From: Thermodesulfobacteriota bacterium
Lineage (GTDB): Bacteria; Desulfobacterota_D; UBA1144; Nemesobacterales; JAJCZQ01
Length of the DNA: 64,000 bases
NCBI GenBank assembly: GCA_965203965.1
Contig: CBDBDR010000017.1
Coordinates: forward strand, 1,216,001-1,280,000
Reading direction: 5' to 3'
The translations under genes were made by a program, and so were the position numbers. Below, in pieces: positions 31,310 through 40,531 of this stretch (position 1 is the first letter of the stretch; every line of letters starts with the position of its first letter). The notes under the pieces were generated by a model. That model saw only the letters and a program-made list of their open reading frames with translations. It ran no database searches and was not told the DNA's origin.

Positions 31310-33649
31310 TCAATGTTGTGTAGTTATAAGGGGTTCTCGTTCTTCGTCGTTGTGATGCTGCTTTTTTTCCGATTGGGTAGATTTATCCTCTCTGTTGCCG
31401 TAGCTAAGCACATCCATAGGACATACGGTAACGCATATTCCACAACCTATGCAGGAACTTGTCGTATTGTCCAGAGTTTTCTGCTTTAATGCGTAATTCA
31501 TAACGTCAATACCCACCTGACAGTTTCTTGAGCATTCGTTGCACGCAATACATTTGTTGTTTGCTTCTATCTTGAACTTACCTATTCCCAATTTTGCAAA
31601 CAATTTTGATTCCCAATGCATCAGTTTTGCCAATGGACACCAGTAGCGGCACCAAACTTTTCCTCCAAGGAACGGGTAGAGGGTAACGGGCAGTATTCCA
31701 ACCAACCAGACGTCAACCATGATTCTATATATATTGATTGACCAGTCTGCGGGTTCTCTAAATATTGCAACAGTGTTTTTGAAAATAAAGATAACAGTTA
31801 CAAGAGCGGCAAGTATAAGAATTGCCGTATTCATCCATTCCCAGTTAATGGATTTTTTACCTTTAGGGGCAAGGTGGCGCCAACGGTCGCCAAATGTTTC
31901 TGCTAATCCGCCGCATCCGCATATCCATGAGCAGTATCTCTTACCGTGAAAAATTACAAATACGGGTATAACAACGAAAGTCAGTAAAATTCCCCAGATT
32001 ACCCAGATTTTATTCGGGTCGTAAAAGAAAGTGTAGAAGAAGAGGGGCCAAGCATAGATAATCCCGTAAGACCTCCATCCCTGATCTGCAAATGACGGAT
32101 CACTTGCGAGTTGCTCTCCGACCCACTGGTATTTAACTGCCCATTGAAATAGGAATTCAGGGATAATAAAGAAAAATATCCATTGGAAACTCAACAGACT
32201 TATGTATCGCCATATTTGATACCTGTCTTTTCTGTCAAGACCCCATCGCTTCAAGGCTTGAATGCCAAATACGGTCATAAGTCCCGTATAAATTACCGTA
32301 TACCAGAATGACCAAGGCCTGCCTGAAAATGAAAGAAGATCATATCCCCAGTTTTTATAGGGCCAGAATTCTTGTCCGTTACCTACTTTAACGCCGTAGA
32401 TCGTATACCAGACCAGAAAAGAAATTCCCAGCCAAGAGTAACGATCACCACTAATGCCTGTTTTGATAAGGATCGCAAGAGGTATTGCTGCAACTGCAAG
32501 CCCCATAAACTTTGGAACGTCACCCAGTTCATTTCCAAGAAATACTGCATGCCCACCAAACAACCATAACCCGAGCATCGTGAAGAACGTAAGAGTGATT
32601 GATTGAAAAAAATTTCCGTTCCACTCGTTTTCCAGTTTAATTCCAATAGACTTTAAAAATCTCTTCGGAATGTCAGCACCTATCAATACGAATGCGTGGT
32701 CGTAAGGTATGTTTACATTTTCCTCATGCCCCCCTTTATCAACGGACAGTGTGGTTTCAAATTCTCCAAATTCCCTTACATTGGAGTTTAATATCAACTC
32801 TATCTTTCCTGATGCAATCTTTTCGTTAAGCAGTGTTTCGTTATCTTTAAATATTCTTGCAAACTCGCCCTTTCTATATGAAAGGTATACTTTGTTGCGT
32901 TCACTGAGCGTTATTGCTGCTTCAATTGCGCTGTTACCGCCTCCAACTACCAAAATATTTTCTTCACTATAGTTTCCGGGGCTGTAAAGCTGGTGGTACA
33001 CCTTTTCTCTATCTTCTCCAGAGACATTAAGTTTTCTGGGATTTCCTCGCATTCCAGTTGCAAGGATTATTCGTCTGGCTTTATAGGTGGACTTCGGGGT
33101 TGTTATTTCAAATAAGTCTTTGTGCTTTTTGATATTTTCAAGTGGCTCAGACAACCGAACATCAATACTATTATCCTCAATTATTCCGTTCCACCTTCTG
33201 ACCAGATCTTCTTTCTGTGCACCGTCAAGCCAGAGTTTGCCTTTTGGTGGGATTTTATCAGGTTCGGCGTAGACCCATTTGCCCTCGGGAAAATTTTCTA
33301 TTGTGTTCGCTATCTTTCCCTTTTCAAGAATGATGCAGTTGAGGTTCAAGTCCTTAGCAGTTAAAGCGGCGTTCAATCCTGATGCACCGGCTCCGACGAT
33401 CAGAACATCATAAACGTCTGTGTCGTTTGTCTTTGCATCGGGCAGAGAAGCTATGTAGTTGACGACATTAAATCCCTGCTCCATTGCCATTTTTATCACG
33501 GGTGCTCCCGCGAGATCACCAATTATGTAAAGTCCGGGAATATTGCTTTCAAAGTTTTTGTTTATTTGTGGTCTTTGTCTATCACCTGTGCCAGAGCTCA
33601 ACACCGTCTCCACGCGGGTTTTCAAGAACTGTTTTATTGTATTTATCAT
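31310..33649 (-). CDS. TrxR/YpdA-like FAD/NAD(P)H oxidoreductase fused to multi-TM 4Fe-4S (NapH/RdxA-like) domain
   Basis: IVGAGASG, LATG, VVGGGNSA; TM segments; CSWICGCG, CRYWCP; two CxxCxxCxxxC motifs. Confidence 0.85.
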   Translation of the reverse strand: MINTIKQFLKTRVETVLSSGTGDRQRPQINKNFESNIPGLYIIGDLAGAPVIKMAMEQGFNVVNYIASLPDAKTNDTDVYDVLIVGAGASGLNAALTAKDLNLNCIILEKGKIANTIENFPEGKWVYAEPDKIPPKGKLWLDGAQKEDLVRRWNGIIEDNSIDVRLSEPLENIKKHKDLFEITTPKSTYKARRIILATGMRGNPRKLNVSGEDREKVYHQLYSPGNYSEENILVVGGGNSAIEAAITLSERNKVYLSYRKGEFARIFKDNETLLNEKIASGKIELILNSNVREFGEFETTLSVDKGGHEENVNIPYDHAFVLIGADIPKRFLKSIGIKLENEWNGNFFQSITLTFFTMLGLWLFGGHAVFLGNELGDVPKFMGLAVAAIPLAILIKTGISGDRYSWLGISFLVWYTIYGVKVGNGQEFWPYKNWGYDLLSFSGRPWSFWYTVIYTGLMTVFGIQALKRWGLDRKDRYQIWRYISLLSFQWIFFFIIPEFLFQWAVKYQWVGEQLASDPSFADQGWRSYGIIYAWPLFFYTFFYDPNKIWVIWGILLTFVVIPVFVIFHGKRYCSWICGCGGLAETFGDRWRHLAPKGKKSINWEWMNTAILILAALVTVIFIFKNTVAIFREPADWSINIYRIMVDVWLVGILPVTLYPFLGGKVWCRYWCPLAKLMHWESKLFAKLGIGKFKIEANNKCIACNECSRNCQVGIDVMNYALKQKTLDNTTSSCIGCGICVTVCPMDVLSYGNREDKSTQSEKKQHHNDEEREPLITTQH

Positions 33650-33658
33650 GGATATTCC

Positions 33659-34342
33659 TCAGTCAGTTTTTAATCTTTCAATCTCAGACTTTACAAGGGG
33701 ATCTAACATGCTACCACAGTTTGAGCAATTTGTAGCCGAAGGGTGATTTCCGTTTCCGCAGTGTTGACAAATAGTTGGTGCCAAAGTCAGGGGAATTTTT
33801 TTTAATCCTTCAGGCACCTTCTCCGGGGTGATTGATTGTTTGGTTATGATAAAAAGGTATCCAAATGCGTTAAGCAAGAATCCTGCAAAGAACCAAGGAA
33901 TTGGTTTGAACCCTTTTGTAACAGCCGTGTGAGAAGTTATTGCTGCAAATATCAAGCCAATGATAACGTAAATGCCCATAAAGAACCAGATCATTGAAAG
34001 TGCTTTGGTGTTTTTTGTATCTTCGGTAAATAATGCGCTTTTGGGCTGGAACTTTGAAAAATATTTTTCCTTATTGTCCAAAAATATATTCAGAGCTTCT
34101 TTTTTCATGGGAACCCTTCTTCCATCTACAAGAAGACATATATCGTCGGAACCCAAAGGTTTTCCTGAAACTATACAGTGGTCACCCGGGCGTACCTCTA
34201 CAATTGGGTAGTGTCGTTCAGCAAGGTCAGTGTTTTGGGAATAGGATAGTATGGGAAAAAAAACAAGATATATTGGAAAAAGGAATATAATTTTCCATTT
34301 CCAACGGTCTTTGCAATTGCAATGTAGAAAAGTAAATGGCAT
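33659..34342 (-). CDS. Membrane protein with YHS/TRASH-like domain and C-terminal double zinc ribbon
   Basis: CIVSGKP...FLDNKEKY, two TMs, CQHCG...CSNCG; 9 bp from downstream oxidoreductase. Confidence 0.7.
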   Translation of the reverse strand: MPFTFLHCNCKDRWKWKIIFLFPIYLVFFPILSYSQNTDLAERHYPIVEVRPGDHCIVSGKPLGSDDICLLVDGRRVPMKKEALNIFLDNKEKYFSKFQPKSALFTEDTKNTKALSMIWFFMGIYVIIGLIFAAITSHTAVTKGFKPIPWFFAGFLLNAFGYLFIITKQSITPEKVPEGLKKIPLTLAPTICQHCGNGNHPSATNCSNCGSMLDPLVKSEIERLKTD

Positions 34343-34539
34343 TTATTGACTTATTCCCTTTACATTCTCTAACTATACCACGTATAGCAACTTTTTTACA
34401 CTCCCCGTTTTTAATAATTACAATGATGATATAAACTTACATAGTTTGAGAATTAAATATATTTCCGTCTAATTAGATTAACACTACCATTGATCATGTT
34501 GCCCATTTTGAACTTAAAATTTTTTTCAGGTCTAACCAA

Positions 34540-35550
34540 TTGACTGTTTTCACAATTGTTGCAATTATTCTATCGATTTTTCTTGCACTGAATGTTGGGG
34601 CTAATAACTCGGCCGCCTCGATGGCAACCTCATACGGAGCCGGGGTCAGGTCAAAAAGACAAGCTGTTATGCTCATTGCAATATTTGCATTGCTTGGAGC
34701 GGTAGTTGCAGGTGCTCCCGTAGTGCAGACTGTTGGCAAGGGAATAGTGTCGTCTAAAGTTTTGGAATCCAGTCCGGTTTTTGTCCTGTTTGTGCTTTTG
34801 ATCGCGATTATTTTCACCACGTGGGCGAACATTGCAAGAATTCCTATTGCCACGACCCATGCCATTGTCTGTGCACTTGTGGGTATTGGTATATATACAG
34901 ATTCTCTGAATACTGAGAAGTTTTTTTACATAGTTAAGTGGTGGATTTTATGTCCTTTGATAGCTTTTTTGGTGAATTTCTTTATAGCGAAATTCTTTTA
35001 TTTTAAAATAATCCACTACCTCGCAACAAACTTCCGTGAAATAAGGGTCAATACAATTCTGACGATCTTTTTAACAATATCAGGGGTATTTCTCGCCTTT
35101 TCAGCAGGCGCCAATAATTCTGCAAATGCTGTTGGTCCGTTGGTTTCGCTTGGTTTGCTTACATCTTCAAGTGGTGCGGTTTTGGCTGGTTTAGCTATGG
35201 GTGCAGGCGCTTTACTGATTGGTGGAAGAGTGCTTGAGACTGTCGGAAAGGAAATTACGGAGATATGTCTTACAAGGGCAATATCCGTGGAGTTCACAGG
35301 GGCAATTATAGTTCTTATTGCATCGTTTGCAGGTGTTCCCGTTTCCATAGCTGAGATCATAACCTCGGGTATAATAGGGTTTTCATGTGCACAACATGGT
35401 TTTGGAGCTACAGCCGGCAACAGGCACGTTTTAAGGATAGCTTTCTTCTGGTTGGTAATACCTTTTTTTGCCATTGCTTTAAGCTACGCATTATCCTCGT
35501 TATACTTTGATTATGGATTTGCCGAGGTAATGAAACTGGCAATCGAATAA
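34540..35550 (+). CDS. PiT-family anion permease, probably CysP-like sulfate transporter
   Basis: GANNSA motif twice, P-ATTH, hydrophobic; directly upstream of cysH. Confidence 0.8.
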   Translation: MTVFTIVAIILSIFLALNVGANNSAASMATSYGAGVRSKRQAVMLIAIFALLGAVVAGAPVVQTVGKGIVSSKVLESSPVFVLFVLLIAIIFTTWANIARIPIATTHAIVCALVGIGIYTDSLNTEKFFYIVKWWILCPLIAFLVNFFIAKFFYFKIIHYLATNFREIRVNTILTIFLTISGVFLAFSAGANNSANAVGPLVSLGLLTSSSGAVLAGLAMGAGALLIGGRVLETVGKEITEICLTRAISVEFTGAIIVLIASFAGVPVSIAEIITSGIIGFSCAQHGFGATAGNRHVLRIAFFWLVIPFFAIALSYALSSLYFDYGFAEVMKLAIE

Positions 35551-35571
35551 ATTTGGGTTGGAATAACGAAC

Positions 35572-36294
35572 ATGATAAGTGAAAAATACGTTGAATCTCT
35601 AAACGATAAGTTTTCAGACGGATCTCCAGAAGATATTTTAAGATGGTGCTTTGATGAGTTTCATCCTAATATTGCCCTTGCCACAAGTTTCCAGGCCCAG
35701 GGGATGGTGCTTATTGACATGTTTATGAATATCAGCAGAGAAGCAAGAATATTCACCATTGATACCGGCAGGCTTGATCAAGAAACTTATGATATTTTTG
35801 ATAAAATCAGGGCTAAATACAACAAAAATATAGAGGTGTTGTTCCCAGATCATAATGAAGTGCAAAAAATGGTTAGCGAGAAAGGGATGAATCTTTTCTA
35901 TGAGAGTGTTGAAAACAGGATGCTGTGTTGTGGTATCAGAAAAAGCAATCCACTTGACAAGTATCTCAAAACACTTGACGGATGGATAACTGCAATTAGG
36001 AATGAGCAGTCGGATTTAAGATCAGATATCAGAAAATTTGAAATAGACACCCTGCACGGGGGGATATTGAAAGTCAACCCTGTAGTGGATTGGACGTGGG
36101 AGATGGTGTGGGATTACATTACGGCTAACAAAGTTCCATATAACGAGCTCTATGACAAAAATTACATGAGTATCGGGTGTGAACCGTGTACGAGGGCAGT
36201 AAGAGAAGGATCAACTCACCGTTCAGGCAGGTGGTGGTGGGAGTCTGATTCCCATAAGGAATGTGGTATTCACTTTAATTATAGTTCAAGGTAA
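35572..36294 (+). CDS. cysH: Assimilatory APS/PAPS reductase (4Fe-4S type)
   Basis: TIDTGRL, CCGIRK, SIGCEPCT, RSGRWWWE, KECGIH. Confidence 0.93.
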   Translation: MISEKYVESLNDKFSDGSPEDILRWCFDEFHPNIALATSFQAQGMVLIDMFMNISREARIFTIDTGRLDQETYDIFDKIRAKYNKNIEVLFPDHNEVQKMVSEKGMNLFYESVENRMLCCGIRKSNPLDKYLKTLDGWITAIRNEQSDLRSDIRKFEIDTLHGGILKVNPVVDWTWEMVWDYITANKVPYNELYDKNYMSIGCEPCTRAVREGSTHRSGRWWWESDSHKECGIHFNYSSR

Positions 36295-36333
36295 CCTCAT
36301 GCGGTTTAAATTAACTTCTTCTGGGATTAATAA

Positions 36334-36933
36334 ATGTTCTTAAAATCCAAATTATTGTTGTTTCTCACTATGTTTTTTGTTTGTGCCTTTGTAGTTTTTT
36401 CCTATTTTATTTTCCGTGCAGAAAAAAGGGAGCTTTTTACGGGCAATTACTATAATGAAAGAGTTATTCAGGATTTTGATCTCACCGGTCATAACGGAAA
36501 AAGAGTAAGATTGTCCCAGTTTAGGGATAAACTGATACTTTTAAGTTTTGGTTATACAAGCTGTCCTGATATTTGTCCTGCCACTTTATCTAAACTCAAA
36601 AACGTATATAACAGTCTTGGGAGTAATCATGATGATTTACAGGTTTTATTTATTTCCATTGATCCCGAAAGAGACAATGCAGATAAGCTCAAAGACTACG
36701 TTCCTTTCTTTCACAATGATTTTATAGGACTCACGGGCACTGTAGAAGAATTAAAAAGAGTTGCTGATATATTCAAAGTTGCATATTTCAAAGAAGATGA
36801 GCATGAAACCGATTATTTGATGAGTCATCCCACGTCCATATACTTGATTAACAGGAATAATAAGTTAATTTTGAAGTATCCTCACAGTTCAACCCCTAAA
36901 TCTATGGTTCAGGATATTAAAAAAATTCTTTAG
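36334..36933 (+). CDS. SCO1/SenC copper chaperone
   Basis: FGYTSCPDICP, ISIDPERD, conserved His in YLMSH. Confidence 0.93.
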   Translation: MFLKSKLLLFLTMFFVCAFVVFSYFIFRAEKRELFTGNYYNERVIQDFDLTGHNGKRVRLSQFRDKLILLSFGYTSCPDICPATLSKLKNVYNSLGSNHDDLQVLFISIDPERDNADKLKDYVPFFHNDFIGLTGTVEELKRVADIFKVAYFKEDEHETDYLMSHPTSIYLINRNNKLILKYPHSSTPKSMVQDIKKIL

Positions 36934-36948
36934 GCAATTACCGATACT

Positions 36949-37365
36949 ATGAAATACCTGTTCTTACTTTTGCTTGCGACGTCATGTAATACTGGGGGGA
37001 GTTCTTCAATTGAGATTAGCAATGTATGGATAATGGAACCAGTTCCAAACTCAAATGTGACGGCGGCCTATTTTGAAGTTAAGAACCGAGGAAGTCAGGA
37101 CTCAATAGTATCGATTAACTCTCCGATTGCCGGCCGGTCAGAGATACATAGCACCATCATTGATAGCAGTGGGAATGCTACAATGTCCAGACTTGACGAG
37201 GTCAATTTGTCAAAAAATGACTTGTTAAAATTTTCGCCTGGTGGAATGCATTTAATGCTTATTGATTTGAACAGAAAAATCAAGGTGGGTGAAGAATACG
37301 AAATTAATTTGAAGTTTAAGCACTCAGGTAGTAAAAAAGTGATTGCTAGAGTGAAAAGCTACTAA
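36949..37365 (+). CDS. Copper chaperone PCu(A)C (lipoprotein)
   Basis: TAAYF, EIH-x10-M, F-PGGMHLML. Confidence 0.92.
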   Translation: MKYLFLLLLATSCNTGGSSSIEISNVWIMEPVPNSNVTAAYFEVKNRGSQDSIVSINSPIAGRSEIHSTIIDSSGNATMSRLDEVNLSKNDLLKFSPGGMHLMLIDLNRKIKVGEEYEINLKFKHSGSKKVIARVKSY

Positions 37366-37367
37366 TT

Positions 37368-38177
37368 CTATTTATCACCGTTTCTAAAGTTTGACAGTTG
37401 GGATAGCGTCTGCAGGTTTAACTGTCCCTTATAAAATCGTCTGCCAATCTCCCACGTTGGATATGAAGTTATATTTTTTGCAGAGCATAAGGAAGGATTT
37501 GGATTTTTTCCGCGAGGGTGGCATTCCACGTAGTTTATATGCTTGAAAGCCTGTTTACCAAAAGCAAGTTTTTGATTTGTACAATGGGAGCAATTATAAG
37601 CTCCATACATTACCGCTCCAGTATCATTCAGGTGTTTTGCCAGTTTTATTTGAAATCTGTTTGATCTGGTTGAATGTTGTTCTGAGGAGTTTATTACACT
37701 TGCACCAATCATAACGCCAGCGGATAATACAATCGCTAGGGTAGCCATATTCAACGAGGATGTCTTTGGTGCCATACTGGTCTTCTTAAAGAGCAGAGTT
37801 GTAAAAATTATCAGGATAATTACCAGTGAAGCTATGCAGAAGGCACATATTGTATTTATCTCAAAAATTTCCAAGTATGTAAGATACAAGGAGAAAGAAA
37901 CTCCGATTGTAGACAATACAAAAAGGTAGTTCCACTTTTTTCTGCTCGTGGTTGGTAGAAACGATACTATCAAGATTGATAGATAACCAATTGTACCAAC
38001 TAACGATACGGGAATTCCCAATATTTCTGCATAGGTGCTGTTGTTGACAATATCGCATTCACTGCCAGTGAGACAGTAGCTGATACCTGTTCCGCTTAAA
38101 GTTGAAAGGAAAAGGTATGCAGATATTAAAAGCCCGACGAATGCGGTAGCCCCAATTAAGATAAGATGTTTTCTCAT
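37368..38177 (-). CDS. Vitamin K epoxide reductase fused to thioredoxin-like domain
   Basis: C-x5-C-D-V, CAFC, then MYGAYNCSHC, YVEC, SYPTW. Confidence 0.92.
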   Translation of the reverse strand: MRKHLILIGATAFVGLLISAYLFLSTLSGTGISYCLTGSECDIVNNSTYAEILGIPVSLVGTIGYLSILIVSFLPTTSRKKWNYLFVLSTIGVSFSLYLTYLEIFEINTICAFCIASLVIILIIFTTLLFKKTSMAPKTSSLNMATLAIVLSAGVMIGASVINSSEQHSTRSNRFQIKLAKHLNDTGAVMYGAYNCSHCTNQKLAFGKQAFKHINYVECHPRGKNPNPSLCSAKNITSYPTWEIGRRFYKGQLNLQTLSQLSNFRNGDK

Positions 38178-38376
38178 GTTGTGAACTTCTCAACGATTAC
38201 GGTTACATTATAGACGTAAAAAATCTAACATATATTTATTTTATGCGTTAGTAGGTGTATTATTCTCCTATCAGGAAATTGTTTGCGAGGGTTAATTACT
38301 CTTATGGATTGAAGTTAAGGAATTAATTGGTGTGATTTTCGCAATTATTTCTGTCTTTCTTATTGAGAAGTAGTTT

Positions 38377-38429
38377 TTAACATAAAAATTACGTTGAGTT
38401 GAGATAAAATTAACAAATTATGGTATAGT
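38377..38429 (+). promoter_or_regulatory. Putative Pho-box promoter of PAP2 gene
   Basis: TTAACA (38377), ATTACG, TTGAGA, TTAACA (38410) at 11-bp spacing; TATAGT at 38424. Confidence 0.5.
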
Positions 38430-38478
38430 TCAGAGTGTAATGTTTAAAATAATACAAATAGTCAAAGGAAAGTAAGCT

Positions 38479-39111
38479 ATGTCAATTAACAAAAACGTGA
38501 AAGTTGATTATGCAGTTGAAATACCCCAAACTTTCTGGGACCATATTGCACGTTATATATCAATTATATTTTTACCACCTCTGACACTCCTATACGCTTT
38601 AGTGATAGTTGCTCCTTTTCTAGATGTTTCTTCAAAGTGGTCTTGGTCAGGACTATTTGTACTTTTGTTTATGGCACTGCCTATTTTGTTTGTATATACA
38701 CTCATGAAAAAAGGGGTAATAAAGGATCTCTACATAAAAAATAGAAAGGAGAGATTGAAACCTGCTTTAGTGGTGATGTTAAATACTTTGTTTGGAATAT
38801 CTATTTTGCATATTTTAGAAGGTCCAAAGTTACATATCATTATAAGTTTTTGCGGTCTCTTAGCTGGCATGCTTATATTGCTTGTAACCCTATACTGGAA
38901 AATCAGCATTCACAGTTCTGCGGTGAGTGGGTTGTTTTTTCCAACAGTATCCCATTTAAGCGAATTGGCCGTGCCTTGTGCATTATTGATAGCATTAGTT
39001 GCTTGGTCACGGATTCACCTCGACCATCACACAATGTTGCAGACCTTTGCCGGCATATTTGTAGGGGTTCTGTCCTTTGGTGTTCCCTTTTACCTTATGG
39101 GACTAGTCTGA
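38479..39111 (+). CDS. PAP2-superfamily membrane phosphatase-like protein
   Basis: Multiple TMs, WKISIHS, WSRIHLDHHT--Q--AG. Confidence 0.8.
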   Translation: MSINKNVKVDYAVEIPQTFWDHIARYISIIFLPPLTLLYALVIVAPFLDVSSKWSWSGLFVLLFMALPILFVYTLMKKGVIKDLYIKNRKERLKPALVVMLNTLFGISILHILEGPKLHIIISFCGLLAGMLILLVTLYWKISIHSSAVSGLFFPTVSHLSELAVPCALLIALVAWSRIHLDHHTMLQTFAGIFVGVLSFGVPFYLMGLV

Positions 39112-39132
39112 GTTAATCGTAATTATTGTTGT

Positions 39133-40212
39133 TCAAGTAAAGACCTGATTCTCATGCTTTTCAGATTGAGTTAGAAGTGGTTTGGTGTATTGGGGTGAAT
39201 TGTTGTCATAGCTTTTAAATGAATTGCTTTCCATGATCATTTCAATGATGTGGGGTATATTGTTTTCATAGTTTAACTTGTTTGCAAAATCAGAATTTAT
39301 CCAGTTTTCAAGTTTAGATTCAAAATCATCCTCCATTGAAGTTATTATTTCTACACCGAGTCTTTTTAATGCTGCTGCATTGCACTCCTGTTCGTATTGT
39401 CCCTTCATGGGTATTGAAAGTATTTTCTTACCAAGGAACAAGGCTTCTGAAGGAGTTTCAAAACCAGAATTGCAAAGTATGCCTTCGCACGTGGATAAAC
39501 TTTCTATAAACCTTTCGTTGTTGATAGGGTGTATTTCAATGTTTCCACTAATTTTAGTAGTTCCTTTATAGTATTTTGAGAAAACTTCCCATTTGATGTC
39601 TATGTTCTTGAGTCTTTTTGTAAGATATTTTTCATCAAACGAAGGTAAATACACAGTATAATGACCTTTGTTTTTTACATCAGCATTCCTTACTTCTTCT
39701 CTTATTATGGGTGTTTCTATAAAGCTGTCGTATTTTTCATAATGGAGACCTATTGGAATGGATATGGGGGAATACCATTTCATTATAAATTCAGCCAGAT
39801 GATTTACCTTTTCGGGCCTTGGAGTTTTATTGGACATAAAAGCAGTTTGGTGGGAAAGAGATATGTATTTTTTCCTTTTTCTTTTGCATGCCCAAGACGT
39901 AATAGGTTCAAAGTCACTTATTACAACTTCATAATTTTCAACTGGTAGTTCCTGTATATCGAATAACAATTTACCAAGCCTTACTTTTTTTATGGTCTTG
40001 TAATAGTCAATTCCACCTTTTTTGCCAAATACAAATCCCAGGCCGCCGAGCTTATATTTTGTCTGAAATCCAACATTAACCTCGTGTTGTCTTTCACTTA
40101 CAAGAATGTCAACTTCAGCTTTTCTTATCAAGTGTTTCAGTATCTCTTTTGACCTACTGATGTGTCCATTACCTGTTCCTTGGATAGCATAGAGTATTTT
40201 CATCTTGGCCAT
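39133..40212 (-). CDS. Glycosyltransferase, MJ1255/VC2487-like (GT-B)
   Basis: KILYAIQGTGNGHISR, ISDFEP, GFETPSEAL, GQYEQ-CNA. Confidence 0.88.
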   Translation of the reverse strand: MAKMKILYAIQGTGNGHISRSKEILKHLIRKAEVDILVSERQHEVNVGFQTKYKLGGLGFVFGKKGGIDYYKTIKKVRLGKLLFDIQELPVENYEVVISDFEPITSWACKRKRKKYISLSHQTAFMSNKTPRPEKVNHLAEFIMKWYSPISIPIGLHYEKYDSFIETPIIREEVRNADVKNKGHYTVYLPSFDEKYLTKRLKNIDIKWEVFSKYYKGTTKISGNIEIHPINNERFIESLSTCEGILCNSGFETPSEALFLGKKILSIPMKGQYEQECNAAALKRLGVEIITSMEDDFESKLENWINSDFANKLNYENNIPHIIEMIMESNSFKSYDNNSPQYTKPLLTQSEKHENQVFT

Positions 40213-40218
40213 ATTGAA

Positions 40219-40271
40219 AGGATATATGAAATTCGTAATTTTTCATTATTTTCCTGTTAATACACTGTTAA
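40219..40271 (-). promoter_or_regulatory. Putative Pho-box promoter of glycosyltransferase
   Basis: Minus strand TTAACA (40271), TTAACA (40260), ATAATG, TTACGA (40238) at 11-bp spacing; TATCCT at 40224. Confidence 0.55.
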
Positions 40272-40531
40272 ATAGTTCTAACGTCCAAAACACATTCAAC
40301 ATTTATCCAACATAATAAAACAGTGGTCAATTATGCTTGAGATAAAAATTTTAAGCTAAATTGCATGCGACCCTGAGAAAACTGAAAAGGATATTTGCAA
40401 AAGAGCGTACGAGGAGATTGCTGCTTCTTATAGGTCTTGAAATAGCATATAAGGGCGTCTTTGTCTTGCTGAATAAGCCTATTTAAGTTAGTATAAAAAA
40501 CTAAAAATTTATTTTCCAGTATGGAGATTTT

